A stretch of DNA of 64,000 bases from Octopus vulgaris (taxonomy: Eukaryota): the NCBI GenBank assembly GCA_951406725.2, contig OX597823.1:113274001-113338000 (forward strand). The letters are read 5' to 3'. How positions within the stretch are numbered: the stretch's first letter is position 1; every line of letters starts with the position of its first letter. Made by a program: the position numbers and the translations under genes. Below are positions 30,745-44,874 of the stretch, piece by piece. The notes beneath the pieces were generated by a model. That model did no database searches, was not told the origin of the DNA, and saw nothing but the letters and a program-made list of their open reading frames with translations.

Positions 30745-31711
30745 TCACATCCAGAAAAGGGCCGCTCGGCAAGCCAGATGGGGGCTAAATTAGGAGAATA
30801 TGGGGTGAGGGGGGGGTGATCAACCATTTGCAAGCCAGTCATTGGAAACAAGTACTTGTGTGCTGGAGTATTATGCTGATGAAAGAAGACCATTTCGTCA
30901 GAATCTCTGAACGTTTGATCTCGATAGAATTTTGTAACTGCCTCAGCAAGTTGGTATAGTACTCGCCAATTATAATGTAGCCCTTTTGAAGATTGTCAAT
31001 ACACAGAACGTCATTTGTATCCCAGAAACTGTAGCCATCATCGTCGTTGCAAATGAAACGATCTTTAGAGCATGTGAGGTGGGGTGTTTCTACATCACGA
31101 ATTTTCTCTGTCTGTGGCTCAAAGTGATGAAGCGAACACTCATCCTGGGCTAGGAAGCATTCAAGGAAACCAGCTGTGTCTACCTCAAAGTATGTTATAT
31201 TTTCTCATGATGTGATAAGCCTGGTGCACTTTTGATCAGATGTCATAATGCCAAATTCGTTGTGCAGAATATTCTCAATTCTGTCACAGGATACGCTAAT
31301 AATATTGACTATTTGATGTATGGTCAATCGCCTGTCATTCATCAGCATTTGTTGAACACGATCAATATTTTCCTCGGTAGTGGCAGTTGAAGGAAATCGA
31401 GACCGACCGTCAAGACTTTCCCCTCCTTTCCGAAATTCAGCTTCCAACTGCTGCAGGGTTGATAAAGCAGCCATGTTTGCATGACTGTCTTTGGGAGATA
31501 AAAAAGTTTTTTTTTTCTGCAGGCGCATGATAACAACACACGATGAGATGTGAAGTCGCTACAAGTTACATCTATGAAAAGTCAGATGTCTCTTTATCTA
31601 GAGACGAACAATGCAGCTATTAAGATTTGAAATTAAGGCATGTAAGATTTTACAACTGTAGCATCACTCCTTCATTGTCAGCCTATGAAATGTTCAACCC
31701 ACCCTCGTATA
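30745..31711 (-). pseudogene. Mariner transposase remnant with 5' TIR
   Basis: ORF 31205-31528 contains PSTATTEENIDRVQQMLMNDRRLTIHQIVNIISVS (mariner HTH). Downstream QDECSLHHFEP is the degenerate TGDETW motif. The minus-strand start TA|TACGAGGGTGGGTTGAA is TIR-like. Confidence 0.85.
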
Positions 31712-32890
31712 GATCTAGTGCTACAAATATAGTGTACTAGCAGCTAAGCTCGGTTTCACCCGGTCTGTTTTCGGTTAGGCATAATCTATAACAGCGTTTG
31801 GCAACCTTATCATTTTGAGTTCCCTGTTTCAATTGAAGCTAGCTAGAGTCTAGCTATATGAAAATTTCTTGACCCCACTCTGTCAGAAAACTGCTTCTAA
31901 GCAACTGGTTGCTTTAATGGCAGAAGAAAAAGGGAAATTCCATTAGAAAGAGTTTTAATCGATTTCCTCGATAAGTATGGGTGCTTGGGAAAAAATGCAA
32001 ACCGCATTCCAAACTATTCCCCTGTCTCCACATGTGTGCCATTTTCCCCGCGAATCCACCCAGCCGTTTGGCTGTGAACCTCAAGACAAGAAAGAATACA
32101 ACGATCGCCAATGTCCAATTTATATTATAGATTTAGTACAACATTGTACAGCGTAGGAACAAGGAAACAAAGACTATTCCGATAAAGATGATTCGCGAAT
32201 CTTTTCAGGCGTCAGAAGTATGAAGTATTTACATAATATTTCTCCAAAGCATCGACGTATTTGATCTCAGTATTTAATTTCACATCCTTCCTTTTAAATA
32301 TAAGTGGTTCTACTTCATTACAGTCGTTATGAACAAAGGAGGATCCACTGTGTTTTTAGATATACATATATGCCGCTAGGCTGTGTAGAAATCTGAGTGA
32401 GGATATACTACTCTCACTCAGCAACAATATAAGCAAGAATATTTGAAGAGAACCAAAACCGTTCGGAATGAGCGGAAATTACCGAAATCTACAACATATT
32501 CAACTCTACGCAAATATCTTTTGCGAGAGAAACATACATGGAATAAATGAGTGTGATAATTAAATTTGTAGTGGGTATATTGCTCGTTAAGAACATAAGT
32601 ACTGGATATGGTATAGCAGTACTCATAGGGACATCATTTTCACCAGAGTATTCAGCTACTTTAATATTGTTTACGTGTTTTTCTTGAAATTCATTTCATG
32701 TAAATGATTTCTGTTGAAAAGTTACACAATAGGTATTGTTGAATATGTCCGTGTGTCGCTTTATCAGACTATCATTAGGAATACGCCGTCTTTTTAGTCT
32801 TTCAGGAACCGTATATTATAACGCGCGCTATGCGTTTTATGTATGTATGTATGCTTGTACGCATGCATGTATGTATGTATGCATATATGC

Positions 32891-32936
<46 letters not shown>

Positions 32937-33431
32937 AGATAGAGATAAGATAGGCAGAGAGGCAGATAAAGTGTCTGGTGGGTAGGTAAATAAATTGATA
33001 GATAGACAGATTGATAGATAGATAGATATTGTTCCGCAATAGATATTGTTAGATATTGTTAATAGATACAATGGAGTTAATGCAGTACTAATGTTTGCAC
33101 AGTAATTGTTAGTAATTAATCAACCGAAGAACATAGAACACTATTGTCATAACAGCTTTAATTTACGCATAAATGGCTACAGATGGAGATACAAAGGTTT
33201 CAATAGACTATTCCAATATAGATCCTATGCATACATCACGTAAGAAAGTAACTAATGCATATTCCAATCCAATTATTAGAAAGCAATTGTAGTATCAACG
33301 ATATTTTATTCACTACGTGTATACGGTATCCAGCTTGTAGTATTTTTGTATTTGTACAGGTGAATATATCAATACATACCTTCAGACAGAATACCTAGTG
33401 AATTTGCACGACAGTTGTGGTTTATATATTA

Positions 33432-34013
33432 CTAGAAAAAACGCCCCCGTCCAATGGACGGTGCTGAGTTGTCAAACATTTATACCAGATTTTCTCAAAA
33501 CAACTTGTCCGACCTTCCTATAGGCCTCCCCTTTGAGAAACACTGATTTAACCTAAATTTGAGACACAAGCAAAAGAAGAATTAAAGATAGATTTTTTTC
33601 TATTCCAAAGAAAAACGATTTTATTCACGCAAATATGCAACCGAAGAGTTTAAAGTACCAGCCTCAGACTATAAAGGGAGGTAACTAAATTGAGTTTGGC
33701 AAATTTGTTTGGCACTCAACAGTAGTTGAAAAAAAAAAAGAAAGAAAAATGATCGACTGTGTATGAAATATGCATGCTTGGTGTTTAGGGAGGCAGCTCC
33801 TATCAGCGCCATATAGTCGATTGTGCAACCAAAGAAAAACGATTTCCCACGGCTTTATCGATCGCATACTCACCTGGAATCGATTTTTGTAATTTTTTTC
33901 AAACTTATACACGCTCTGATACCGTCGGTATCTACATATCAAGTTTGAGCACAATCGGATGGAGGATGCTCGAGATCCGAGAAGACACACACACACAAAC
34001 ACACACACACACA

Positions 34014-34056
<43 letters not shown>

Positions 34057-34074
34057 CGGGTTTTATATAAGAGA
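33432..34074 (-). mobile_element. Non-autonomous Helitron
   Basis: The minus strand begins TCTCTTATATAAAA and ends with hairpin CCGTCCATTGGACGG followed by CTAG|T. Internal (GT)n near the 5' end. Confidence 0.75.
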
Positions 34075-34482
34075 GGTTTTATGTCAGCATATGGCATTTG
34101 CAAATCGAAGTCGCTAGCATCTTCCAAACGAAGCAACACCAGAGAAAGCGACCATTAAAATAATCTGCTAATGAGTAAATCTCATTACCTAATTAATTAA
34201 TATACCGCCTTTTATCTTAAGCGAAATCGCACCTGGCTTCACGTTTGTATACAGTCTTAGAAATGTATCTGCTACGTCTGTGTTAATTTACCTTTAGCCG
34301 AATAATTGCTAGAAATTGCTATCCTACACGAAACAATTGGTACTGCGTTAACATCAATCACTCTATTAAAAGGAGATATTCGTCGTCCAATGAGTTGTTG
34401 ATTAGTCGATGAAAATGTTGTGGTGGTGTTGCGGGAGAGCGTTACTTTTGAATTGATACACATCTAATGCATATATGTATAC

Positions 34483-34550
<68 letters not shown>

Positions 34551-35176
34551 GCATACATGCATACTGATGTGTTAAAAATGTTCTTGTTCAAGGATAGGTT
34601 TGAGATCCTCTTATATAACCCTGCCAAGTGTTATGGAAAAATAGATGAGTGACAGATGGTTGTGCATATATACGACAGTTTTAATTTGGTTTGTGGTTGT
34701 GAGCGTGTGAACCCCTGCTCAAATCAAATGTAGCATCTTAAAAAATCAACTACGATAAGGTTGATCTAAATGGTAACTATAATAATGGGTGGAGGGGTTT
34801 AAACATATCAATCAGGCCCTTCCTAAAACTGTTTAGGGTGTTTCCGTTTGCACATCTAAAGATGCCTATATCTACATCTCTATGTAAATCAAACTGGACT
34901 CTTACTTAAGGTGACCGTTATATATAATAAAAGGCAATCCAAATTTGATTTTCATATTTTATTTACAATCTTGTAATATAATATTAGGAAATGATGGATA
35001 ATTAAATGTTCATTCTGATTGAACTAGATCTTTCCTGCATTAAACTATGCAATTTTCAGGTTCCTATAATAGTGGTGACATTTGTGTCTTACAATGTACA
35101 AATGTAGTGAGATGGCTAAAATGCTTGCCTTAAATAAATTTGTATAGGTTCCTTTGATTAATCTATGCATGTGTAT

Positions 35177-35255
<79 letters not shown>

Positions 35256-35259
<4 letters not shown>

Positions 35260-35396
35260 TAAAATGGGACAAGAACTCAAAACATCCGGACAACAGATGA
35301 TACAAAAAAGGACAACAAAACATTTTCGAATGTATACGAAAACAAGGATGGAAAAACAGGCGATGTTACACGAAGATAAATACAAAATACAATAAA

Positions 35397-35472
<76 letters not shown>

Positions 35473-36148
35473 ATAATAATAATAATAATAACAGGACATA
35501 ACAACAGGTGTCTTTCGAGTGAGGACGAATTGAATTCAGCTGGCATGTGTGGAAATGAAACCTTACGGTAGAGATACAAATCTTTCACACACAGGGTAGA
35601 ATATCGACGTGGCAGTGACCGCAGTCAGAAGCAGAAAGAGGGTATGGCAGTCTGACCCATCGGTCACGTGGGAAGAGAAGAGAGAAAAAAAGAGGAACAA
35701 AGGAATTAAGGAGGGAGAAGAGAAGAGAGAGAGAGTTGTAGAAGCAGATGGACATAAGAATTAAGGAGGGGCAGAAAAAATGACAGGGACATAGTGAAGT
35801 GAAAAGTGAGTAAGAAAGGGAAAGGAATGTGAGAGAGAGAGAAAGAAAGAACGAAGAGTGGAATGAGCGAAGACGCCTGGAAAGGTTTTCTTATACAATC
35901 GATGCTTTCTTCCAAGGAATCTAAGACTCTTAGCTTAGTTTTTCCTTGAAGCTGGCCAGATTGGAGCAATCTCAAGATTAATCAGCCAAAATTGCGAGGA
36001 TGATCCGGTTCTTGACTGAGGATAGAAAGCTTCGAATGACCCGTCCTTGTTTTTTTGTATCGTCTATCTGGATGTTTTGTTGTCTCTTTTTGTATCCCCT
36101 CGTTGTCCGGATGTTTCGCGTTCTTGTCCTATTTTGTATTTTATATTT
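35256..36148. mobile_element. Element with ~100-bp diverged inverted termini, bracketed by microsatellites (possibly Penelope-derived)
   Basis: 35256-35350 (GGACAAGAACTCAAAACATCCGGACAAC...) is the imperfect reverse complement of 36040-36148. Confidence 0.65.
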
Positions 36149-36176
36149 ATATAATATAGCAGCGTAAGTACACTTT

Positions 36177-36253
<77 letters not shown>

Positions 36254-36501
36254 GTAGACACATGTGTTGTCAAGTCGCGTTCCTTTGCCCTCAATTCCAA
36301 AATAACATGTAGCACATCTTGCACTTCTAAATGCAATGTCGTTGGATGGAAGAGGTACACATATTTAATCACTATAAACAATGCATAAGAGAAAATAGCG
36401 AAGTAACAAATTTAACTCCCATATGAGTCGTTTACGACACGAGAGCACACAAATGACATGATATTATGCCTTGATACCATGGAGGACTTCTACGTTGACA
36501 G

Positions 36502-36604
36502 ATGAATATTACTACTTCTTTAACTCCAGGCGGATTCTCCGTCAAACTGTTTTCGGTGCAAGCTCTGGAACCCTCATACAAAATATATCGCTACCGATAT
36601 ATTT

Positions 36605-36687
<83 letters not shown>

Positions 36688-36780
36688 GTATGTATGTAAG
36701 CTGTATGTATGTATATATATACATGTATGTATATATATATATATATACATATATCAATACATATATATATATATATATCA

Positions 36781-36866
<86 letters not shown>

Positions 36867-36974
36867 ATACAAAATATATCGCTAGCGATATATTTTGTAT
36901 GAGTGGTCCAGAGCTTGCACCGAAAACAGTTTGACGGAGAATCCGCCTGGAGTTACAGAAGTAGTAACATTCAT
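36502..36974. repeat. Near-perfect inverted repeat (~105-bp arms) enclosing a (TA)n/(CA)n block
   Basis: 36502-36609 versus 36867-36974 are reverse complements with only a few mismatches. Confidence 0.92.
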
Positions 36975-37084
36975 GTCTCACTTTGATGCGGCTACTCACT
37001 TTACTGTTTAGTATACGTTACCACTCTATCCCCCCTGGAGAATTTAAAACTAAATATTTTGCTTATATAATAATAATAATGATG

Positions 37085-37150
<66 letters not shown>

Positions 37151-37190
37151 GTGATAGTGATGGTAATGGTGAAGATAATAACAATAATAA

Positions 37191-40100
37191 GCCGACTACG
37201 GCTGCTATAATGGTACGATTATAATTGTAACGGCAATGATGGCCGTCTCCCCACGAGCCAATCAAAGCTAAAAAATGATAACATTATCGTAGCACCAAAA
37301 TGTTTTTGGAAACTAAAAGGAAAACTAAATCAGTATACCAAATCGCTTGTCCTATGGTTAATCTGGAAGCGCGTCCCCCAGGGAAGAGCCAGCCTGGGAT
37401 CGAAAAGTCATCAACTGGCACAAACTCTTCTCCGAATACGGACATGGATGGTCACTTGAACGGGAAATCCCCCAACTCGAGCCCTCCAAGTTCACCACCA
37501 CAACCACCACAGAAAGAAAAATGTAAGCGGAACAAATGGACCCGAGAAGAGTATAAAGAAGTAATATACGCTTATTACTATGCATTAGGTAGGCCATCTC
37601 AAGAGAGACACACCGCAAACTCTTACAGTATATGGAGAACACGGAATCAAGACAGTAGGCCCTATTTGGACGAGAACAAATTAGCAAATGTGAGGAGGGA
37701 TATCTTTAGAAATAACAGACTCACAGACAGTGAAATAAGTGCGATCAAGCACGCAACGGAAAATGACATAAATATAAGACACAAAGGAAATGAAGAATCA
37801 GATGAACAGTATAGCCCGCCACGAGGTTTAATTGAAAGACTGCCATCTGACCAAAGTACGCAAAGGCCTGAAGATACAAGAAATTCTATTGTACCTGTTA
37901 AAGATAGCCAGGAAAACGAAAAAACACCAGTAACTGAAGATCTCGCATTTGCTGAAGAACACAGAGAGTCTATGGCAGAAATGAGGCAGAAAATCCTGAA
38001 TACGCTTGAAGTTGTAAGACATACAAGTATGAATGATAGAGAACCGCTTCATAAACTCTCAAATACAAACCAAAATAAAAAACAAATCCAAATTGGCAAC
38101 TATGTAACAAATGAAATAATACGAGAATTAAAACCTGATTTTACTGAGTTAAATGAAATTATTTACGCTTCTGCTAGGGCAATTGAAACCAGCTGTATGC
38201 CCCCGAAAAAACAAAGAAAACAAAACCTGGGAAGAAATCAAACCTGGAGAAGTAAAATTGAAAAAGAGATTGAATTTATGAGAGGGGAAATATCAATATT
38301 AAATGAACTAATATGTGGAAATGATGTAAGATCCAGAACAGGAAGAAAGATGAAGAGAAAATTTGGATCCTCACCAAGAGAAGAACTGATATCAATAAAA
38401 GAAACGCTGAAACAAAAAGTCCAAGCAAAAGCCCAAAGAATACGAAGATTTGAGAAGAGAAACAAGTTTTACAAGCAAAATAAGCTGTTCACATCCAATG
38501 ACAAAAAATTCTACAGAGAAATAGGGAAGGAGAAAGTAACCGTTAAAGACCCCCTCCCATGGAAGAAGTTCAAAACTTTTGGGAATGGATTTGGAGTGAC
38601 AAGAAGACGTACAACATAAATGCAGACTGGATTATACAAACTGAAGGATCCTACCAAAATTTACAACAACAAGCATGGGAAGACATCACAATAGCAGACC
38701 TAAGAAAGGCACTCACGAAGGCCCATAATTGGAAATCCCCCGGTAAAGATAGGGTGCCGAATTTCTGGCTCGCATCGCTCCCGTGCGCACACGGTAAGCT
38801 AGTTCAGCTGCTCAATGGAATTTTGAGAGACCCAAAGAAAACACCTGAATGGTTAGCAAGTGGCATTACTTACCTACTCCCAAAGAATAACGAAACCAAC
38901 CTTCCAAAAAACTATCGGCCTATAACCTGTCTATCCACCACGTATAAAATCCTAACATCTATCCTGGCGGAGAAAACATATGCATTCATGGAGAAGAACG
39001 ATATTTTCCCCATTGAACAAAAAGGGTGCCGCCGAGGCTCTTACGGATGCAAAGATCAACTGTTAATCAATCGTATGATCCTTGAGAACTGTCACAACAA
39101 GCGCAGAAATCTCAGCACCGCATGGATTGACTATAAAAAGGCCTTCGACAGTATACCGCATCCATGGATCTTGAGATCGCTGGACATCTTCAAAATTTCC
39201 CCTGTGATTTCAAACTTCCTGAAGCACAATATGTCGTTGTGGAATACGAATCTCCAATTATACCACTCTAATGGAGTACTTGCCTCAGAAAATATAAACA
39301 TCAACTGTGGAATTTTTCAAGGTGACTCACTTTCACCTTTAATATTCTGCATAGCCCTAATACCCCTTACAAGTGAATTAAACAGAACAGGGTATGGGTA
39401 TAAAATTGCCAATAAAAAAATAAGCCATCTATTTTATATGGATGACTTAAAACTTTATGGTAAAGACAATAATGAACTTGAAGGCCTATTGCGCACCGTG
39501 AAAGCATTCAGCGATGACATCGGGATGGAGTTTGGACTTGAGAAGTGTGCCAAGGCCACTTTCCAGAAAGGGAAAGTGAAGACCACAAATTCAGTCGTGT
39601 TAGATGTTGACACAGTCATAAGAGAGCTTGAGCAAGAACAGACATACAAATATTTAGGGATAAATGAAGGCTCTGGTATTCAGCATGCAAGCATGAAAGA
39701 GAAAATCAGGAAGGAATGTTATAGGAGAGTTCGTGCAGTCCTGAAATCTGAACTAAATGCACGTAACAAGGTGTTAGCTATAAATTCCTTAGCAGTACCA
39801 GTTGTTACTTATAGCTACAATGTGTTGAACTGGAATATGAGTGAAGTAAAGAATATAGACAGAAAAATACGCAAGCTGCTGAGTTGTAATAGGATGCACC
39901 ACCCAAAGGCAGACGTAGATCGCCTTTACCTTCCCAGAGCCCAAGGAGGTCGAGGCCTGATCCAATTTGAACTAGCTTACAAAACAACCACAATTGGACT
40001 GGCCAAATATCTCGAAGTATCGAATGACTGGATGCTAAAGCTCGTGGAAAATCACGAGAGACGAAAGAAGCTTCATTCTATCATCAAGGAAAGCAAAAAA

Positions 40101-41166
40101 TTTGCTATTGATCTCGTGCAGGATACCCAAACTGAACAACCCGAGGGAAGTACGGCAACTATTGTTGCAAAGAAGGTGAAAATGATGGCAATGAAAAAAG
40201 CGCACGAGCAATTGGCTGATAGGTGGGAGGAGAAACCTCTGCACGGCAAATATGTGACCCGCAGCAAACAAACTGATGTTGACCAGAAGCAAACCCATCA
40301 GTGGCTGCGGAGCTCAGGGCTAAAAGCAGAGAGCGAAGGTTTCATCCTGGCTGCTCAAGACCAAAGCCTATTAACCCGGAACTACCAGGCCAATGTGATG
40401 AAAAATGGAGCAGACCCAAAATGCCGATTCTGCAACGACATGATTGAAACAGTGGACCACCTAATCTCTGGATGTAAAGTCTTAGCACCAGTGGAGTATA
40501 AATTAAGACATGACAGAGTTGGCCAATATCTCCACTGGCTAATAAGTCGGCATTACAATATCAAAACTGCCGACAAGTGGTATAATCACCACCCTGATGC
40601 TGTAACTGAAGGAGAAAATGTAACCATTCTGTGGGACTTTCCAGTACATACAGACCGAACCATCAAGGCCAATAAACCAGATATTGTTGTGAAAGACCAA
40701 AACAATAAAGTTTGCTTATTGATCGACATGAGCATCCCCTGTGATCATAATATCTCAGCGAAACAGTTTGACAAGCTCAGAAAATATAAAGACCTACTCA
40801 TTGAAATTGAGAAAATGTGGCATCTCAAGGCGGTTACAATACCAGTGATCGTAGGAGCACTAGGAATGATCAAGAAGGGAACCGAAAATTATATGAGAAT
40901 GATCCCTGGCTTACCATCCCTGCAAGAAGTGCAAAAGATTGTCTTAACTGGTACATCACACGTATTGAGAAGAGCATTGTCGATGTGAGAACTGTTGCTG
41001 CTGCTCATGTATTTTAATTAACTTTAAGAAAAAAAAAAAAAAAAAATTAACGAACTTCTGAGTTTGGTTTAATGGCCTACCAATATACACTATGAGTTTC
41101 TTTGCCCTAGGAGTCGGGAAGACACTCGGCAAGAAATGGAAGAAAATTTGAAAGAAGAAAAAAAAA

Positions 41167-41168
<2 letters not shown>
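37191..41168 (+). mobile_element. Near full-length R4/Dong-clade RLE non-LTR retrotransposon (family A) inserted in an (AAT)n tract
   Basis: Bounded by (AAT)n at 37067-37190 and 41169-41370. One long ORF with RT, CCHC knuckle and PD-(D/E)XK motifs, no APE domain, and a short 3' UTR (40989-41168). Confidence 0.93.
37300..40988 (+). CDS. R4/Dong polyprotein (Myb-like N-terminus, reverse transcriptase, CCHC zinc knuckle, restriction-like endonuclease) with one frameshift near 38550-38560
   Basis: ORFs 37300-38619 and 38559-40988 overlap at a C-rich run (GACCCCCTCCCATGG). Motifs: KWTREEYKE, WKSPGKD, NYRPITCL, WIDYKKAFDS, IFQGDSLSP, YMDDLKLY, YKYLG, CRFC-x7-H-x4-C, RHD, KPDIV-x-LIDM, KLRKYKDL. 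Confidence 0.9.
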
Positions 41169-41229
<61 letters not shown>

Positions 41230-41234
41230 TTAAA

Positions 41235-41281
<47 letters not shown>

Positions 41282-41286
41282 TTAAA

Positions 41287-41323
<37 letters not shown>

Positions 41324-41329
41324 TAATAA

Positions 41330-41361
<32 letters not shown>

Positions 41362-41370
41362 ATAATAATT

Positions 41371-44131
41371 ATGTTCAAAAATGTTCAAAAATAACATGTT
41401 CAAAAATAAATGTTCAAAAATAACACCAAGAATTTTTACAGGAAGATAGGAAAAACAGCGTTTACTGCAGGTTCTGCACCATCAAAAGAAGAAGTGCAGA
41501 GATTTTGGAATAAAATCTGGGCAGAAGAAAAAACACACAACGAAAAGGCCCCTGGATTGACAGAATATCTACAGAACTGAACCCCTTAGAAGAGCAAAAG
41601 TGGGAGGGTGTCAAGGTAGAAGATATAAGATCTGCTCTCAGGAGGTCAAGCAAATGGAAGTCTCCAGGAAAGGATAAAATTCCTAACTTCTGGCTGAATG
41701 CCTTCCCAGAGAGCCATGAACTGCTAACAGAACTGTACAATGATGTTTTGCAACACCCTAGTAGGATGCCTCCTTGGCTAGTTAATGGGTTAACATTCCT
41801 GCTTCCAAAAAGTGAAGAAACAAATGAACCAAAATCTATAGACCCATAACCTGCTTAACAACTATGTACAAAACACTAACATCTGTCCTGACAGAATATA
41901 CCTATAGTTTTTTAACAGACAGCAGCATATTCCCTAATGAACAGAAAGGATGTAAACGTGGATCCTACGGTTGTAAAGACCAACTACTCATCAATAAGAT
42001 GATCTTAGAAGATTGTCACAAACGACACAAAAACTTATCAATAGCCTGGATAGACTATAAAAAGGCTTTTGATAGCCTACCACATAGCTGGATTAGGAAA
42101 TGCCTTGGAATGTATAAGATAGCACCAACTCTGCGAAACTTCTTGACTGTAAGTATGAGATCATGGAGAACCACACTAACTCTGAACAGTGACAGTGAAT
42201 CCCTAAATGCTGGTGATGTAAAAATTTCGTGTGGCATTTCCCGGGTGACTTACTGTCACCACTCTACTTTTGTTTATCCTTAATACCTCTCTCAAAGCTG
42301 CTCAATGACGCGCAGTACGGGTATAAAATGTTTGATAAAAATATAAATCATCTCGTTTACATGGATGATTTAAAGCTTTTGCAAAAAATGATCAACAACT
42401 CAAGGGCTTACTAGCGATAGTCAAACAATTCAGTGACGACATCAGAATGCAATTCGGCCTCGATAAATGTGCAAAGGCTACCTTTATCAAAGGAAAAATG
42501 ACAGAAACATCTAACGTTAACCTTGACCAACAGAATGTCATAAAAGAACTAGACCCAGCGGAGAGCTACAAGTACCTAGGGGTAATTGAAGGGAACGGAA
42601 TAAGGCATTCAGAGATGAAGGAAAGGATCAGGAGAGAATGCTATCGAAGAGTGAGAGCAATACTCAAGACAGAGCTGAATGCAAGAAACAGGATCGAAGC
42701 GATCAATGCATTAGCTATACCAGTCGTGACTTACAGTTTCAATATTGTTAACTGGTCAATTACTGAAATATGTCAGCTCGACAGAAAAATAATGAAACTG
42801 TTGACAATGCATAGAATGCACCACCCTAAGGCAGATACAGAACGACTCTATCTGCCAGGAAAAGAGGAGGCCGTGGTCTTTTGCAACTGGCAATAACAAT
42901 GAAGATTGCTACAATTGGCCTAGACACCTACCTGAAAAACTCTGAGGACTGGATGCTAAAACTTGTCTCAAAACATGAAAACAAGAAAGCATCATATTCA
43001 GTCACAAAACAGGCAAAGGAATATCTAAGTGAATTCCGAATACAACCAATTTTGGAATTAGAGATAGATATACAAGAAACAAGCACAGAAAAAGCTAGGC
43101 GCATGAAAACCCGTGCCAAAACTGCGGCCTTAGATATTCTGAATAATAAATGGCAAGAAAAACCTCTCTATGGCAAATACCCAAAGAGAGCGAATAAGGC
43201 AGATATCGACAAAGCCCTGACCCATCAATGGCTAATGGCCTCTGGCTTAAAATCTGAAACAGAGGGGTTTATCATAGCAGCTCAACATCAATGCCTACCA
43301 ACAAGAAACTACCAGGCCAACATATTAAAGATCAGAAGCAGTCCAACGTGTCGTGTATGCAAGCAACAAAATGAAACCATTGACCATGTGGTCTCCAAGT
43401 GCAGTCTTCTAGCGCCTACAGAGTATCTCAACAGGCACGATAGAGCTGCGCAATATATTCACTGGGTAATCTGTAAAAACCTGGATTTGCCCCATGAAAA
43501 AAACTGGTGGGAACACAAACCACCCCCAGTGCTTGAAAATGACCACATCTCACCCCTCTGGAACATCACCATTCAAACTGACAGGAGGATAGATGCAAAT
43601 AGGCCAGACATCATATTGAAAGACTTCAAACAAAGAACATGCCTCCTCATTGATATGACTGTCCCAATCGATATAAACCTATCTGTCAAGACCTACCAAA
43701 AACTGAGCAAATATAAAGATTTTGAAATAGAAATCAGCAAAATGTGGAAGCTGAAGACTAAAACAATACCTGTTGTCATAGGTGCCCTGGGAATGATAGC
43801 AAAAGGGGCTGATAGCTACCTAACTCAGATACCAGGAAACCCAAAAATGGCAGAAGTTCAAAAGATAGTGCTCATGGGAACTGCTCATATCCTACGCAAA
43901 ATACTCTCTATGTAATCTCAAGGTTTAAAACAAACATAATTTTCGGTTTAAAAAAAAAAAAAACAGCTTTTTTTATTTTTTTTAGACATTCATTAGTACA
44001 ATATCCCCACCCCCCAAATATATGGCACACTAGGTATAACAACAACATGAACTTCCAACCCTGTTGTTTCTTGAGGTCTCTGGGTGAGACTTGGAGCCAA
44101 CTTGTACAAATATAAAGCAAAAGTCAAACAG
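41371..44131 (+). pseudogene. 5'-truncated, frameshifted R4/Dong retrotransposon (family B)
   Basis: Fragmented ORFs 41864-42283, 42229-42414, 42447-42896 and 42881-43915 carry WIDYKKAFDS, YMDDLK, CRVC-x7-H-x4-C, RHD, RPDI-x-LIDM and KLSKYKD. Flanked by (AAT)n on both sides. Nearly identical to 63032-64000. Confidence 0.92.
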
Positions 44132-44138
44132 AATAATG

Positions 44139-44264
<126 letters not shown>

Positions 44265-44289
44265 GTAATAATAATAATAATAATAATAA

Positions 44290-44845
44290 ATGCCCTGATG
44301 CAGTACCAAGCAGTGGCTCTCATGGCTTCTGATCTTAACTGATTGGAAGTGTTATCATGTACGTTGTTTTGTCTTGGTATAAAAGATGGGCTACAGCAAA
44401 TATTCTGCTCAATGCCACAGATTTGCTTGTCAGTTGTTTGACCTTAACCAGTTGAGCATGTCTCTTAGTGGCTGACGATATGTGCATCTCTGACCATGAG
44501 CAGAAGTAGTGGGGGAGCATCATAGCCATGTGTTGAGAGGGATTCTTTGGGGTTTGAATAATTCACCTCTGGAAACATGGGTGGTTCGTTCAACATCCTT
44601 AAACAACCCTCATTCAGGGATCTTAAGAGTGGGATGGGTTACTCGACCTGAAAAAAATTCTAACTGGGCCCCACCTGCAAGGTCATGTGCTGTTTATCTT
44701 GATATGAGATCACCAATTCGCGCACATATGGTTGTGATGCATGTGTCTAGTGTACCCTTATCAGACGGATAGTCATGATGGGTATAGTGGGCTTCGTATA
44801 TTTTACCCCAATGTCAATTTGATGGCATGCTCTGCTTGCTCACTC
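44290..44845 (+). mobile_element. 556-bp AAT-embedded non-coding element, copy 2
   Basis: ATGCCCTGATGCAGTACC...CTCACTC, flanked by (AAT)n. Confidence 0.92.
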
Positions 44846-44874
44846 AATAATAATAATAATAATAATAATGATAA

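Noticed and set aside
37191-37290. HDV-like ribozyme at the family A 5' end (CGT-CTCCCC-ACG and a GCTAA motif)
   Set aside because: I could not build P1, P1.1 and P2 pairings by hand. An RNArobo/Infernal search would be needed.
38559-40988. Prokaryotic RT system (retron, DGR, group II intron) beside repeat arrays
   Set aside because: The domain order RT-CCHC-RLE and the eukaryotic repeat context identify a non-LTR retrotransposon.
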